From the NCBI GenBank assembly GCA_040386535.1, contig JAZKFH010000067.1:1-64000 (forward strand): 64,000 nucleotides of DNA, in the 5' to 3' direction. Position numbers and translations under genes: made by a program. Below the pieces are notes generated by a model, which saw only the letters and a list, made by a program, of their open reading frames with translations, searched no databases and was not told the origin of the DNA. The stretch is from Myxococcota bacterium. GTDB lineage: Bacteria > Myxococcota_A > UBA796 > SXON01. Shown in pieces: positions 12,001 to 21,353 of this stretch. Position 1 is the stretch's first letter. Each line of letters begins with the position of its first letter.

Positions 12001-12628
12001 GAAAAAGCCGGCGCCGTCCCACTCCCTGCACCACGTAGAGATCGGCGACACCCTGCTCGTCACGTTGCCGGGGGAGCCCACCGTCGGCATGGCATGGACG
12101 CTGGAAACCACGCTCGGCCGGGCCGCCGGGCGCCAGGTGCTCGTGCAGGGGTACACCGGTGACTATTGCGGCTACTTCACGACCCTCCACGAGTACGAGT
12201 GGCAACAATACGAGGGTGCCTCCACCATCTACGGGCGCAACACGGCGTCGCACCTGATCCACGTCCACAGCGAGCTGCTCTCTGCCGACAGAAGTGGCGC
12301 TACGGAGCCGGAGCCGGACGCGCCGCGCGGCAACGCCCCGGAGGCCCCCGAGGCGACTCCCACACCGGCCCCACCCGCGGTCGAGGTGGAGGCCTACGTC
12401 GTGGGCGACCAGGTCGTCGTGCTGTCGACCTACTCGCCCGACGGCGCCGACTCCAAGGTCCGAATGCAAGGAGAGAAACCCGCGACTGTCGGTGAGGCGT
12501 CGGCGCCGTGGGGCGGCAGCCTCTACGTATCGACATGGCCGGATCCAGGCGGCACCCGGGGAGGCCTCGACGTCACGGCCACGAAGGGCGGCAAGACGGT
12601 GACGCTCAAGGTAGTGACCATACGGTGA
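6071..12628 (+). CDS. Giant fusion: two alpha/beta-hydrolase (lipase/LCAT-like) domains + CHAT caspase-like peptidase + neutral/alkaline ceramidase
   Basis: LVHGTFSS/SHSRGG; LPGLMGS/AHSMG/GDGTV/RHGD; CHAT ILHVAGHG..FFNCC..WAVDD..WGAYQAYGDP; ceramidase THTHTGP, NRS, CHNTSM, GDQSP, PGEPT, GYFTT..EY..QQYEG. ORF is open from 5870; start placed at TTG 6071 (GGAG 6 nt upstream), ATG 6119 is an alternative. Confidence 0.85.
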   Translation: MGIKLILPGADRGAAIMGAPLPSGDDFCVVAASNNFATRGDAEAGRAVEAGDIIELTWENGLITWELPVGAEYTLPVERQSGDRGLGSALLVAWQALRALVKKDEVNLHKLVKQADDALSSPTPRLLQVGADGTIGAQVTLTARTDATLLVLVHGTFSSISDGFAGLALGEGLDTERKQAWDSVVARYGGRIYGFDHATLSVSPVENARDLLRLLPKGQKVDILSHSRGGLVAELVAGAGLDGAVPGLESLVVERKDRGIVVERHIRVASPVRGTRLASQRSADFIDGLSTIVNLLAALVPNGPMIGGVKAVIYAARVLVSAITNDVALNPAVAPGLHAMMPDGPVVRAVNSAPAPDTHRLIVGGVFTGSDGLGGTLLRVLPNGFFGGDTDLVVDTERMYTTGDFGKARALEPFGPGLNHVTYFTHPATRDAIVRAMGAPDWNTAGLGLEVAERPKSTSIAQRGVESFGGRMPSRRPTGDGRDVVIVLPGLMGSTLASQSGLIWANVPRLVTGAFAHLDLDRDAEFRVNADGIIADYYEQLVATLALTYDVGVFAFDWRRPLADTAGRLAEQLGAVLDGKRRVHLVAHSMGSVVVQMLVAEQPAIWKRIRERSGQVVMMGPPLQGAWDALAAMLGEHPLLRGLAAADLVNESHEVLNIVRTFEGVLALLPSNSAWFLDPTWLPFGGAPRRLAEALGARKRLDRVTTIEGCTLILGTAPVTRSGWKNSSFLLNEAGEGVGDGTVPYTRSVLTGAPTWYVAARHGDIPKHPDTIRMIGEILAGGQPSPGASSAPRSTPASPRDMLPPLAAAPFLGYPTEADLLAAAMGGGGPSAVAIATIRLRIFFGGVDEAPSPVLVENTPGTGLRGALARLGKLPGSPLPRLATANVLPQRLGESYTTRWGGYTLLVIGTGEPFDLTPVRLADAVQVAVRRFCLEQPDAPVTLSATLIGTGNAGVLSIEDSLRGLMEGFTRAMDDLIGLDPSFATKAGELVVVNAFEDLVAILQDRAPAVAQAVGTENVRWELAPTLSLGLKRRGRRLDREDRRANWTTLNVTTREGVLRYTLTGRRTTGRTDEVCVPIQDLEADLATIMKSPQSDRGSAGEQVTRILSRQIFPRDLRDEIYGGAPLRLVLDVPAAGLPWEMATEPERGGRPLAVGTPMLRTLETASVRTPSPLCSRNVAIVLGDGAGGDTGLAYLQGAVAEAAAIDEMLERRGVRVTRVGRAPEADLRRTFLGRIAESSCRILHVAGHGIYNGPGGASGLLLGRTQGQGIEPMYRVITAAELLNAFGSELPELVFFNCCHLGSLDGPDHQPGLGRGRLAASVAQTFIERGVRGVVAAGWAVDDAAAKVFACVFYERMLDGLPFGLAVRAAREAAWNKNPRVNTWGAYQAYGDPAWTMAVTGPATGPTSYPLEAIALDAIDDAVFIEAPLDVFRQIARIVAQSPAANTAEVHLSLALAFDALGEGSAGEQHVHAAEVLRPGLQQFRLRTKMRAGAEAPAAPAPGDGEKSLPFSLNDTPLSVRPRPAEFLDLSGILKRTLDRVSAQRVSAAWLRKQAAPVTGGGEATDATRGSGTLWFDPLRTVRDDGSVLPGVTTRLFIRTGSAPITGLPKGLATAGYGPGSKIGANGDHPLQVRAIALEDHTGARVILVVADIHTGTRLLHHEAVNRLKDLGVTLSTLVLAGTHTHTGPARIYGNSLYDGFTGGFLAPTPRADAWEPVVAAIEKAVRGALGKGRTACTVAPLQGRVSEIATNRSRCAFPYKLDAWTSKGWPGEGLEGADELRAVDGRLRGFVFRDDAGKVCATYALVACHNTSMGNQGVWDPDFVGRAMTQAEAELGGLVAIALSGAGDQSPLPLDGLKRLDRKVHQGEAHAKVRADRLTNLLATAVRAAGPGAPGAIRTRYLAWDPTRSDSADLELAAWRFGAPTLGGAEDGPSPFACAFPEGLKAKKEPHSVEDRLHYPKIKPVGGILDAIFNAKKPAPSHSLHHVEIGDTLLVTLPGEPTVGMAWTLETTLGRAAGRQVLVQGYTGDYCGYFTTLHEYEWQQYEGASTIYGRNTASHLIHVHSELLSADRSGATEPEPDAPRGNAPEAPEATPTPAPPAVEVEAYVVGDQVVVLSTYSPDGADSKVRMQGEKPATVGEASAPWGGSLYVSTWPDPGGTRGGLDVTATKGGKTVTLKVVTIR

Positions 12629-12829
12629 TCCGGATCTCCCAACACCGGGGCGGCGCCGGAGCGACCGCCGGGGCGCCATGCACGCTGACGTTGGCGGGGA
12701 CGCGGGCGGGCCACGCCGGCAGTTGTCTTCGCGTTCGATGCCATGGGCCCTTGCTCCTCCAAAAGCGCCTGAGCTCACCTCTGCCGGCGCAGACATTCCC
12801 CATGGTATGTTTCCTTGCAACCCGGTTCC

Positions 12830-13051
12830 ATGGCAATGCCCCTCCTCCTCCTCGCCCCTCTTGCCGGTTTTCACGATGCCGACGTCACTTCCGTGCCCGA
12901 CTGTGACGCCGGTCGCTGGTCGGACGAGGAGTCGTGCCGCACGAGGCTTGCGACCGAGTTCACCCTCGTCCAGGCGGATCCGCCCGGGATCGAGCTCGAC
13001 TGGAACCGCTCCAACGAGGTCAGGGCCGAGCGGTTGCTGATGGGGGGTTGA
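12830..13051 (+). CDS. Small hypothetical protein abutting the TIR-TM-TPR gene
   Basis: ~70 aa, hydrophobic N-terminus MPLLLLAPLAG, stop ends at 13051 directly before the GTG start at 13052. Confidence 0.4.
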   Translation: MAMPLLLLAPLAGFHDADVTSVPDCDAGRWSDEESCRTRLATEFTLVQADPPGIELDWNRSNEVRAERLLMGG

Positions 13052-14569
13052 GTGCCGTACGACGCCTTCCTCTCCTACAGCCAAGCTGACGGCGCGGTGG
13101 TGGCCCGGGCGCTGCATCGCGCCCTGCACACCTTCGCGCGTCCGCGGTTCACGCGCCGCGCCATCCACGTGTTCCGCGACGACGTGAACCTCTCGGCCAA
13201 CCCGGACCTGTGGACCACCATCGACCGGCACCTCGGCGAGGCCCGCTACCTCGTGTTCGTGGCCTCCCCCAAGGCCGCCGGCTCGATCTGGGTGCGTCGC
13301 GAGCTGCACGCCTGGCTCACGCGCGACCCGCGCGCCGAGCGCCTGATCCTCGTGCTCGCTGGCGGCGAGGTTCTCTGGTCGGCCGACAAATCGGGACCGG
13401 ACTGGTCGGCAACCGACGCCCTTCCGCGCGAGACCGAACTCCCGCCCGGAATCGTGGACGCTAGGATAGCGGTGGGCGCTGCGCTTGCGGCGCAGCCGTT
13501 GTGGATCGACTTACGTTGGATGCACACCCTCGACCAGGGAGACCTCCGCGATCCCCGTTTCCGTGACGCCGTCCGTCAGATCTCGGCCACTATTCGAGGC
13601 GTCGATCCTACCGATATCGACGGAGAGGACCTGCGCCTCTCCCGCCAACGCGCACGCGTGGCGTCCGCGGGCATCGTGGCCCTGTTCGTGCTGCTATTCG
13701 CGACCGCGGGCTTCGCGGTCTACGCGCAGGAGATGCGCGCGCGCGCGGAGACGGCGCTCGCAGGGAGCATGAGCGTCCTCTCCCAACTATTCACACACGA
13801 CGGCGTTCTCGACCCGACCTGCGCCGTCTCGGTGGCAACCGTGGTCGCGCCCACCCTCGACCGGGTCGTCCCACTCACCGAGGTCGTCGGCGCAGAGTTC
13901 GCGTGGAACAGCCGCTTGGTGCGCGCGATGGTGCATCGGCGCCTCCCCGGTCGGCGGGAGAGCGCCATCGCAGAGCTGGTCCAGTTCGCCGCCCATCGCA
14001 CGGACGACCCCGACCCGTGGTTCGTCAAGGGAAACGCGGAGATGGAGGCCGAGCGTTGGGAGGACGCCGCCGCGAGCTACGGCGAAGCGATTCGTCGGGA
14101 ACCCCGCGCCGGCTTCCTCGCCTCCCGCGCCGAGGCGCTTCTGCGCGGGGGTGACCTATCCGCTGCGGCCGCCGACGTGGACCTCGCCCGGGCGGCCGAT
14201 CCGGGAGCGGTAACACCGGCGCTCCTGCAGGCCGAAATCGCCTTCCAGCGCGGCGACCATGCCCGCGCCGCGGTGCTGTTCGCAGAGGTCACAACCCTCG
14301 CGCCCGACCACCACGTGGCCTGGTCACGCCAGATCCAGGCCCTCTCGCGGCTCGGTCGGCAGGACGAGACCATCCGGGTTGGGCACGCGGCGCAGGCCGC
14401 ACTCGGCTCCGACCCCGAGTTGCTCGCTCAACTCGCCCTGGAGTACGCCATGGCCGAACGATACGCCGAGGCGCAGAAGTACAGCGTCGCGGCCCTGGAG
14501 GCGACGGAGGCCTGCGGCGTTGCGTTCGACATCTACCGTGACCTCCAAGCCCCTGAACAGGACCCGTGA
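13052..14569 (+). CDS. TIR - transmembrane - TPR protein
   Basis: YDAFLSYSQADG..VFRDD..LSANPDLW..SPKAAGSIWVRRE; one TM (GIVALFVLLFATAGFAVYA); C-terminal TPR-like helices (PWFVKGNA..AAASYGEAI..P). Confidence 0.88.
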   Translation: MPYDAFLSYSQADGAVVARALHRALHTFARPRFTRRAIHVFRDDVNLSANPDLWTTIDRHLGEARYLVFVASPKAAGSIWVRRELHAWLTRDPRAERLILVLAGGEVLWSADKSGPDWSATDALPRETELPPGIVDARIAVGAALAAQPLWIDLRWMHTLDQGDLRDPRFRDAVRQISATIRGVDPTDIDGEDLRLSRQRARVASAGIVALFVLLFATAGFAVYAQEMRARAETALAGSMSVLSQLFTHDGVLDPTCAVSVATVVAPTLDRVVPLTEVVGAEFAWNSRLVRAMVHRRLPGRRESAIAELVQFAAHRTDDPDPWFVKGNAEMEAERWEDAAASYGEAIRREPRAGFLASRAEALLRGGDLSAAAADVDLARAADPGAVTPALLQAEIAFQRGDHARAAVLFAEVTTLAPDHHVAWSRQIQALSRLGRQDETIRVGHAAQAALGSDPELLAQLALEYAMAERYAEAQKYSVAALEATEACGVAFDIYRDLQAPEQDP

Positions 14570-15039
14570 CGGTTCGCCGCCCTCCGCGGGCGTGCCCCCC
14601 GGCGAACCGGGGGTCAGTCTATACCGCGCCGAACGGCCCGAGTAAGCTTGGGAACGCCACGCACATGCTCGTGGTCCTCCTGGCGTACGCGCGGATAGCG
14701 CGGCGAGTGCCGGACAAGCGGAGGCGGCCGCGTGCGCCGACCGGACGTGCGCGCTCTACGCCGCGGCGCCGCCGGGTTCGTCTCCCTCCACGGCGTGCTC
14801 CCAGTGGCGCTGGACAACGGGGCCTCTGCTCGATCCCGCCCGGCTCGACGAGCCCTCCTTCGAGCGCCTGGACGTTGTGGCCAAGGTGGTTCAGGCCGAT
14901 CGTCTGTTTTTCCACGTCCGCACGGCCGCGTTCCAGATGCTCGACGGGCGCCCGCTACGGCCGGACGCCGCGCGCCCCATCCGGGCGGCGATCCCCCAGT
15001 GGCGCAGGGGCGTCGCGAGCCGGGATAGGCGTCGGCGGT

Positions 15040-18000
15040 TCAAGCGCGGGTGAGCCCGTCATCGTACGCGAGCCGGAGCAGCTGCCCGTCTTCAGTGCCG
15101 ACCACGAGGATGGCTTCATGGAGGCGCACGGCGCAGAGCGCCACTGGATGGCACCAGGCGCCGCACCGGGTGCCGGCCCGCACGTCGTGCACGCGGGCGT
15201 ACCCGGCCTCGTCGATGACGCAGATACGGGTGTCGTCGATCCAGGCGATCCCGTTGATCGGCCCAGCGTGGTCGTCCAGATCGCGCCACCTCCCGCCGGA
15301 GGCCAGGTGCCACACCCGCAGCGTACCGTCGTCCGCGCCGGAGACGAGGAGGTCGCCCCCGGGGGAGAACGCGAGGGCGTGGACGGGGCGATCATGGCGG
15401 CCGGGCGAGGTGGGCGCGCCCAGCCGATCGAACGCAAGCGGGAGCACGTAGACAAAGCAATCGTCGCCGGCGGCCGCTGCGTACGCCTTCGAGACGGCCA
15501 GGGCGCGGATCGCTTGGTTCGCGACCGGGCGGGCGTCCAGGTTTAGCGCCACGAAGCCGCGCGAGTCGCCGAAGAGGGTTCCCGCGGAGGTCACCTTCAC
15601 CACGGTGGTCGCCCCGAGGGGCCGGCGTTCGTTGTCCTACATCCGCGCCTCGCGCCCAAGGTCGGCGTCCCACGCCGCCAGCCGGGGCTTGCTCGGCATG
15701 ATGATCCCGTCGAGCGCGCGCCGCACGCCGCGTGGAGACACGCCAGTCACCCGCGCGGGCTCGTTGGATTGGAAAGTGCCCGCGGGCGCCACCCCCATCC
15801 AATCCATCCGCTCCTCGGCGGCGAACACGTCGCAGACGTCGAGGTCCGTGCCCTGCCACAGGCGGATCGTGCGATCGTCCGACCAGGACAGGATCCGCGG
15901 GCCGTCCACGAAGAGGCCCCGCACTGGGGCGCGGTGACCGGTCAGGCGGTTCAGGTGCTTACACGTGCGCAGTTCCCACACCTCGATAGAGTGGTCGTCG
16001 CCGGCCGTCAGGAGCCGGTCGGGCCCGTCGAAGGCGAGCGCGTGGGTGACCGTGCGGGTGAGGGTGCGCCACCCCCCAGGCGTGGAGGTGTTCGTGATCC
16101 GCGGCCGGTCCACCGCTGCGAGGTCGAGGACGTGCACGCCTGCTTCGTCGGCAACGGCGACACACCCGGCTGACGCGTGGAGCGCCACGGCGTGCGGAAC
16201 GCGTGCGTGCGGGGCTCCGATGTGGCCAGGCTCCGGGTACGCGTAGACCTCGCCGGCGGCGGTCCACGCGACGAACTCCTCCGTCGTGCGGGCGGTCACG
16301 ATCCCCGCGATCGCACCCCCGAGCCGGGCCAGCAGCAACAGCTGGCCGTCCACCGTCCACTCGTGCACGCGCCCGGCGCCGTCCCCGATCAGCGCCCCAC
16401 CGTCATGCAGCGCGGCCACGACGCGGGCGCCCGGCACCGTCACGCTGCGCTCTCCGTAGAGAGACACCACCCGGTCGGCTGCCGCGGCGAAGGCGTCACC
16501 GGGCCCGGCCGTGAGCGCGCGCAGTCCGCGTAGCTCGAAGCGGCGCACCCCCTGCGGGCGCCACGCTTCGATCGTGCCGTCGGCGAAGCCGAGCACCGGG
16601 TAAAGATCTTCGATCCAAAATATGAATTTCGGGGCGCGTGTCGGGGAGCCCGGCCCCACCGCGACGCGCGGCGGGGTCACCTTCCAGCCGACGTGCTGTC
16701 CGTCCACCGAGTACGAGCGGACGTCGTCGCCACGCACCCGCGCGGAGAGGATCGCGTTGCGGTGGCCGTGGATCTCCACCGGCTCGGCGCGACTCATCAG
16801 CCGCAGGCCCCGCCCGGGGAGGCCGAGGACTGCGGGGAGCGCCTCGGGATCCCCGGTGAGCAGATGCTTGTTCTTCCGCAGGCGCGTCGCGACGGGGCGA
16901 GGGGCGAAACGGGCGATGCGTTCGGTGCCGGTGGCCCGGCAGGCCTCCACCAGGAAGTCCGCGTCCCGCCACGCATCAGCCAGGGCGCGCGGCCACTCCG
17001 CGTGAGAGAGGTGCAGCAACCGGAACGATGCGGCGTAGGCTCGCTCCCACTCGGTGGCGCTCTCGGTGGGGGGCCAAGCGGCGATCGTATATCGTATCGG
17101 CGAGGGCAGCGTGGGCGGGGGCGTGGTCCCCGAGGAAGGACTCGAGCTGATCCCTGCTCGCTGACGCGATGACCTCCTGTAGCCAGCCACGCCGGGCGTG
17201 GCCGAATACGGCAAAGGCCTCCAGTCTACGCATCGCAGCAGCGTACACGTCCGAGGTCAACCCACCTCGCGCGCTGGTCACCACACGCGTGAGGATCGGC
17301 TCGGACAGCGGAGCCTGCGCCGCCAAGATCAGGCTGACGATCGTTCGGGACACGACGCCGTACGGTGCGTCCTCGTTGAGGAGCCACCTCAACCGCGACG
17401 CCTCCTCGGCGAGCGCGCGCCCAGGGCGGAACGAATCGATCCCCTCGCCCCGCACGAAGCCCGTGAGGTCACCGTGCAAACCGCCATCACCGCGCTCCCC
17501 CACGGACAGGCGCGCGCAATCTTGCCGATCCACGCGGGGTTGGAGGGGCGTCGAGCCCGACCCGCACCGGGGCCTGCAGGCTTCGCAGCGCCCCGAGGAG
17601 GTCGGCCGCCGACGCGAGCTCGGGGTGGAACACCGCCCGGAGCTGCGCCAGCAGGGAGCGCTCCAGGCGCGCGGTGTCCTGGCCGAGCGGCGTCTCATCG
17701 AGGCGCTGGATCAAGACCGGGCACGGATCCTCGCGCGCTACCCACCACCGGAAGAACGCGCGCCCGCCTGCGCTGTCGGGAACCTGCATGCGCGGCTCCC
17801 GCCCCCACCACGCCTCTGGCGGCGGCGCCTCGTCCGTCAACAGCGTCGGGACGTAGTCGGGATCCGCCAACAGGGCGCATCAGCGCCGCGCCCGGCGCGT
17901 CCACCCAGGGAACCCAATCGAGAGCGCGCCGGACGGTCACGTCGGCCTCGCCGGGGTCCGCCACGCGCTCGAAGCCTTCCGGCAACACGACGCCCGGCGG

Positions 18001-18625
18001 GGCATACACCCGGGGGAGCGCCGCGGGCGCGCCCGCCATCGTGCCTTCAGTGAGTCGCCACGCGGCCCCCGACGGTGCGCGCAGCGTCACCGTCAGGTGA
18101 GCGACCGCGGCCCCCGCGTACCCTCCGCGGCGCAGGACGAGCGCGTGCCGCACGCGCTCCAGCCCCTCGCCGTCCTCGACCTCGAGACTGAGCGCGGCCC
18201 CTGCCGCCACCTCGAGCTCGTGCCACCCGGTGGGCGTCAGGTTCGGCCAGTGCACGTGCAGGCGGGTTCCATGCAGGCGCACCCGCACCTTCGTCGTCGC
18301 CATGCCCGTATCGCCGAACCCGGTGCCCGGCCGCAGGGGCTCAGGCACCGCGAGCCGCCGCGCGCCCGCCGTGGCGACCGCCCAGGCAGGCAGGGTCTCG
18401 CGCGTGTCCCTCGGGAGGCGAGCGTACAGGTCCCGTGCCCAGCGCGCCACCCACGGTTCGTCGCTTGCCGAGACGGTGGCCGCGATGGCGTCGAGTTCGT
18501 CGGTGACATCCTCTCTGGCGAGCACGGCGCGCTGTAGGCGCTCCTGGACGGCGAGCGGCGAGCGCTCGTCCGCGGAGGTGAATCGGATCACGGCACACCT
18601 GCGCGATCGTGATCCCAACGACATG
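15040..18625 (-). pseudogene. Disrupted WD40-repeat protein with N-terminal helical region
   Basis: WD40 motifs (LLTAGDDHSIEVWE, GHRAPVRGL..SWSDDRTIRLW, LVSGADDGTLRVWH); coding path switches frame near ~17870, ~17540, ~17070; in-frame TAG at 15637-15639 in EARM*DN (expected WD). Confidence 0.7.
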
Positions 18626-18649
18626 ATCGGCGAAGAGCAGCGGGTGCAC

Positions 18650-19141
18650 CGGCGTAACCTGCGGCTGGCGCGCAGCGCGGTCAGCGTCGCTGGGGGCGCG
18701 CCTGGCGGAGCCGGGCTGAGGGCGGGGTCAAGGCGCTCGCCCCGAAGAAGACGGGCCGTCACGCGAACGCTCCGGTGGACCGCACCGCGGAGAAGGAGAT
18801 CGAGCGTCTGCGCCGCGAGAATGCCGCGCTCGAGGAGAAGCTCCGCCGTTCAGTGATGCTTGTGGAGGCCATGATAACCTTGCGGAAGTGCTGGTGTCGC
18901 TGGCGCCGCCCTCAACGAGAGAGAGGAGCGGATGAACGCCGTGCTGCACGCCGCCCCCGCGCTGGGCGTGTCCCGGGCGACGCTGTACCGCCGACGCCGG
19001 CCGCAGGTCGTCCGGCCGACGCGCACGAGCTGGCGGGCGTTGAGCGCCGAGGGGCGGGCGCGTGTGCTACGTGTCCTTTACGACCCCCAGTTCGTCGACG
19101 CGAGCCCGGGTGAGGTCTACGCCACCCGCCTCGACGAGGGC
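18650..19141 (+). pseudogene. IS3-family transposase fragment (orfA end / orfB start)
   Basis: EKEIERLRRENAALEEKL then ALGVSRATLYRRR..RALSAEGRARVL..FVDASPGEVYATRLDEG; no DDE core follows. Confidence 0.75.
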
Positions 19142-19270
19142 GCTCGACGGCAAGCGGGCCGCCGACCGAAGCCAGTAGGGAAAAACCGGCGGCCACGCGG
19201 CCTGGACTCCACGACTTCGCTGCCGTCCGCAGAAGGACCGGATAGAGACGATAGGCACCACGGAGACCTA

Positions 19271-19753
19271 ATGAAAATGCGCGATCTCCTGGAAACGTGG
19301 GGGCTGAAGAGCCTGAAGCTCTCCACGGGCTTCGTCGAGGGCGAGTTCGCCGCCCAGGATCCTGATCGCGATGCCGCGTGGGACCTGTACGTCGAGCTGG
19401 TGACGCGGATCGCCACGCAGAGGCTTCCTGGCGAGGCGGGCGACGAGGTCGCGGCCCTCCGAAGCATCTACGACCTGTGGGGCATCGTGCGCAGCACTCT
19501 GAAGGCGCATCGCGGCTGCACCGTGTTTGCGAAGCTGACGATCCCCTTCTTCAACCAAGATGTTCGCCCCTTCACCGCTCGCTGGCACAAACAAAGCATC
19601 GCAGGGGCACTGGACACGCTCTCGGGCAAGGAGGCATTCAGGCAGGAGTTGGAGTCTCTCCGCGCCCGCCTAGTCGCGTTCACCGGGCTGCTCTCTGCCA
19701 TCGCAGGTGTCGAGGACATCACGCCGGAGATCATGGCCGATGCTGAGGCGTAG
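19271..19753 (+). CDS. Conserved-type all-helical hypothetical protein (TIR/SLOG-locus associated)
   Basis: GGAG..ATG at 19271; D.DAAWDLYVELVTRIATQ.L..GDE..AL.SIY.L..NQDVRPFTARWH motif that I recognise from TIR-neighbourhood hypotheticals; the longer 18932 ORF is an IS3 read-through. Confidence 0.75.
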   Translation: MKMRDLLETWGLKSLKLSTGFVEGEFAAQDPDRDAAWDLYVELVTRIATQRLPGEAGDEVAALRSIYDLWGIVRSTLKAHRGCTVFAKLTIPFFNQDVRPFTARWHKQSIAGALDTLSGKEAFRQELESLRARLVAFTGLLSAIAGVEDITPEIMADAEA

Positions 19754-19998
19754 AGAATTGAACGCCAGGCGGCGAGACGCTCCTTCGCCGCCGCTGCATG
19801 ACGCCGAACGGATTCTCGGAGCCGCGCCACAAGCGGGCGCCGGCCGGGGCACTTCGCGCACCTCCCTTCTTGCCGACTCCCGCACCCGGTCACCCGGGGG
19901 TAGCTGGCGTCGCTCGCCCGCGCTTCGCCCTCCGACAAGGCGCAACACCCTCCGCATGAACCTTCCTTCTTGCGCTCCACAAGCAGGGGGTCGTCAAA

Positions 19999-20493
19999 AT
20001 GGAAGAGGATAGCAAGCGGCGCCACCTCTTCATTAGTCATCACCACAATGACGACGAGGCGGTGTCGAAACTCACGAAGCTTTGCAACGATCGGGGCTAC
20101 GACATCCGGAACAGCTCAATCCGCGCCAAGCCGGCCAACGCCGAGCGGTTGCAGCGGGGATTGGTGAAAGAGGAAGTGATCCAGCGCTTGCTGCGGATGA
20201 AAATCTCGTGGGCCACGACGGTGGTGGTGCTGATCGGAAAGGAAACCCATCAGCGGCCCTGGGTGAATTGGGAGATCAAGGAAGCGTACGAGCAAGGAAA
20301 GCGGATTGTGGGCGTCTACGAGCGGGGGGGGAAGGAGGCCGCCTTGCCTTCGAATTTGGACCGGTATGGGGATTCGATTGTCGCATGGAACTCCGAACGA
20401 ATTATCGCGGCAATTGATGGCGAAAACAATAGGTTTGAGAACTCCGACGGCTCCGAACGCGCCGTCGGAAGCAGCAACCGGACCGAGTGCTAA
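19999..20493 (+). CDS. ThsB/MTH538-like (DUF1863) stand-alone TIR protein
   Basis: RHLFISHHH.DD..IRNSSI..TVVVLIGKETHQRPWVNWEI..GKRIVGV. Confidence 0.9.
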   Translation: MEEDSKRRHLFISHHHNDDEAVSKLTKLCNDRGYDIRNSSIRAKPANAERLQRGLVKEEVIQRLLRMKISWATTVVVLIGKETHQRPWVNWEIKEAYEQGKRIVGVYERGGKEAALPSNLDRYGDSIVAWNSERIIAAIDGENNRFENSDGSERAVGSSNRTEC

Positions 20494-20499
20494 CCAGCG

Positions 20500-21153
20500 A
20501 TGTCATCCATCTTTATCTACGTTGTGGATCGTGATTTTGGATTCGCACCGAACCCCTTTCACGGCTCCTGCACACTGGCAACCTGTAAGCCAGGAATTCG
20601 AAACTCCGCTTTCGCGGGAGACTGGGTGTTCGGGATGGGCGGATCCAGGCTGCACGCCACGGGGAAATGCATCTTTGCGATGCGCGTCAGCAAGAAGCTG
20701 ACATTTTGTCAGTACTGGACGGCTCCTGACTTTAAGGACAAGAAGCCGGTGCGAAACGGAAGCCTCAAGATGATGGTCGGCGACAATATCTACTTCCGTC
20801 CCTCGGCCGACGACCCCTGGCAGCAAGCGGATTCGCATCACAGCAACGCGGATGGGACCCCAAACGCACATAATGTCAATAGCGACACCAGCGCCGACGC
20901 AGTGCTAGTCTCCGATCACTTCTACTACTTCGGGAGCAGCGCCCCGTTGGTCAACGACTCGATTCTGTCCGAGATGGGGTACAAGAACCGTCGACAATAT
21001 CGACGTTTTGATCTCATTGGCCCCGGCGCCAAGTTGGTGGCATGGCTTGAGGCACACCACTCATCGGCGCTGAACCGAGTGCGAGGAGACCCTTTCGACT
21101 TTGACAACGGCGCTGCGCGATACGAGGGTAGAAGTGACACGCTTTCCGAATAG
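20500..21153 (+). CDS. Nucleotide modification associated domain 2 (Nmad2) protein
   Basis: YVVDRDFGFAPNPFHGSCTLATCKPGIR..GDWVFG..KKP..GDNIY..VLVSDHFYYFG. Confidence 0.85.
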   Translation: MSSIFIYVVDRDFGFAPNPFHGSCTLATCKPGIRNSAFAGDWVFGMGGSRLHATGKCIFAMRVSKKLTFCQYWTAPDFKDKKPVRNGSLKMMVGDNIYFRPSADDPWQQADSHHSNADGTPNAHNVNSDTSADAVLVSDHFYYFGSSAPLVNDSILSEMGYKNRRQYRRFDLIGPGAKLVAWLEAHHSSALNRVRGDPFDFDNGAARYEGRSDTLSE

Positions 21154-21353
21154 CCACCACCCGGCGTGTGGGCGCTTGGCACGAGTCTTTTCGAGCCATA
21201 CCGCCCACGGCACCCGTGGTTCATCGCCCGTGGTTCCGGGCTGATGCACACGCACATGAACTGCTTCCTCGCAGCTGTGCGGCCGGACGACGCAACCCAA
21301 CGCCCGCTCGTGGCAACACTCGTGACGTCTCGCGCGGCCGTCCCGGATGCCGC

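Noticed and set aside
6545..13309. Minus-strand ORFs 6545-8374, 9854-11131, 11708-13309
   Set aside because: Antisense shadows with no motifs
14570..15039. ORF 14566-15546 / intergenic fragment
   Set aside because: Low-complexity translation overlapping the WD40 gene antisense; no family recognised
18932..19753. 273-aa ORF as a single gene
   Set aside because: First ~70 aa are IS3 transposase debris; a separate RBS/ATG at 19271 starts the real gene
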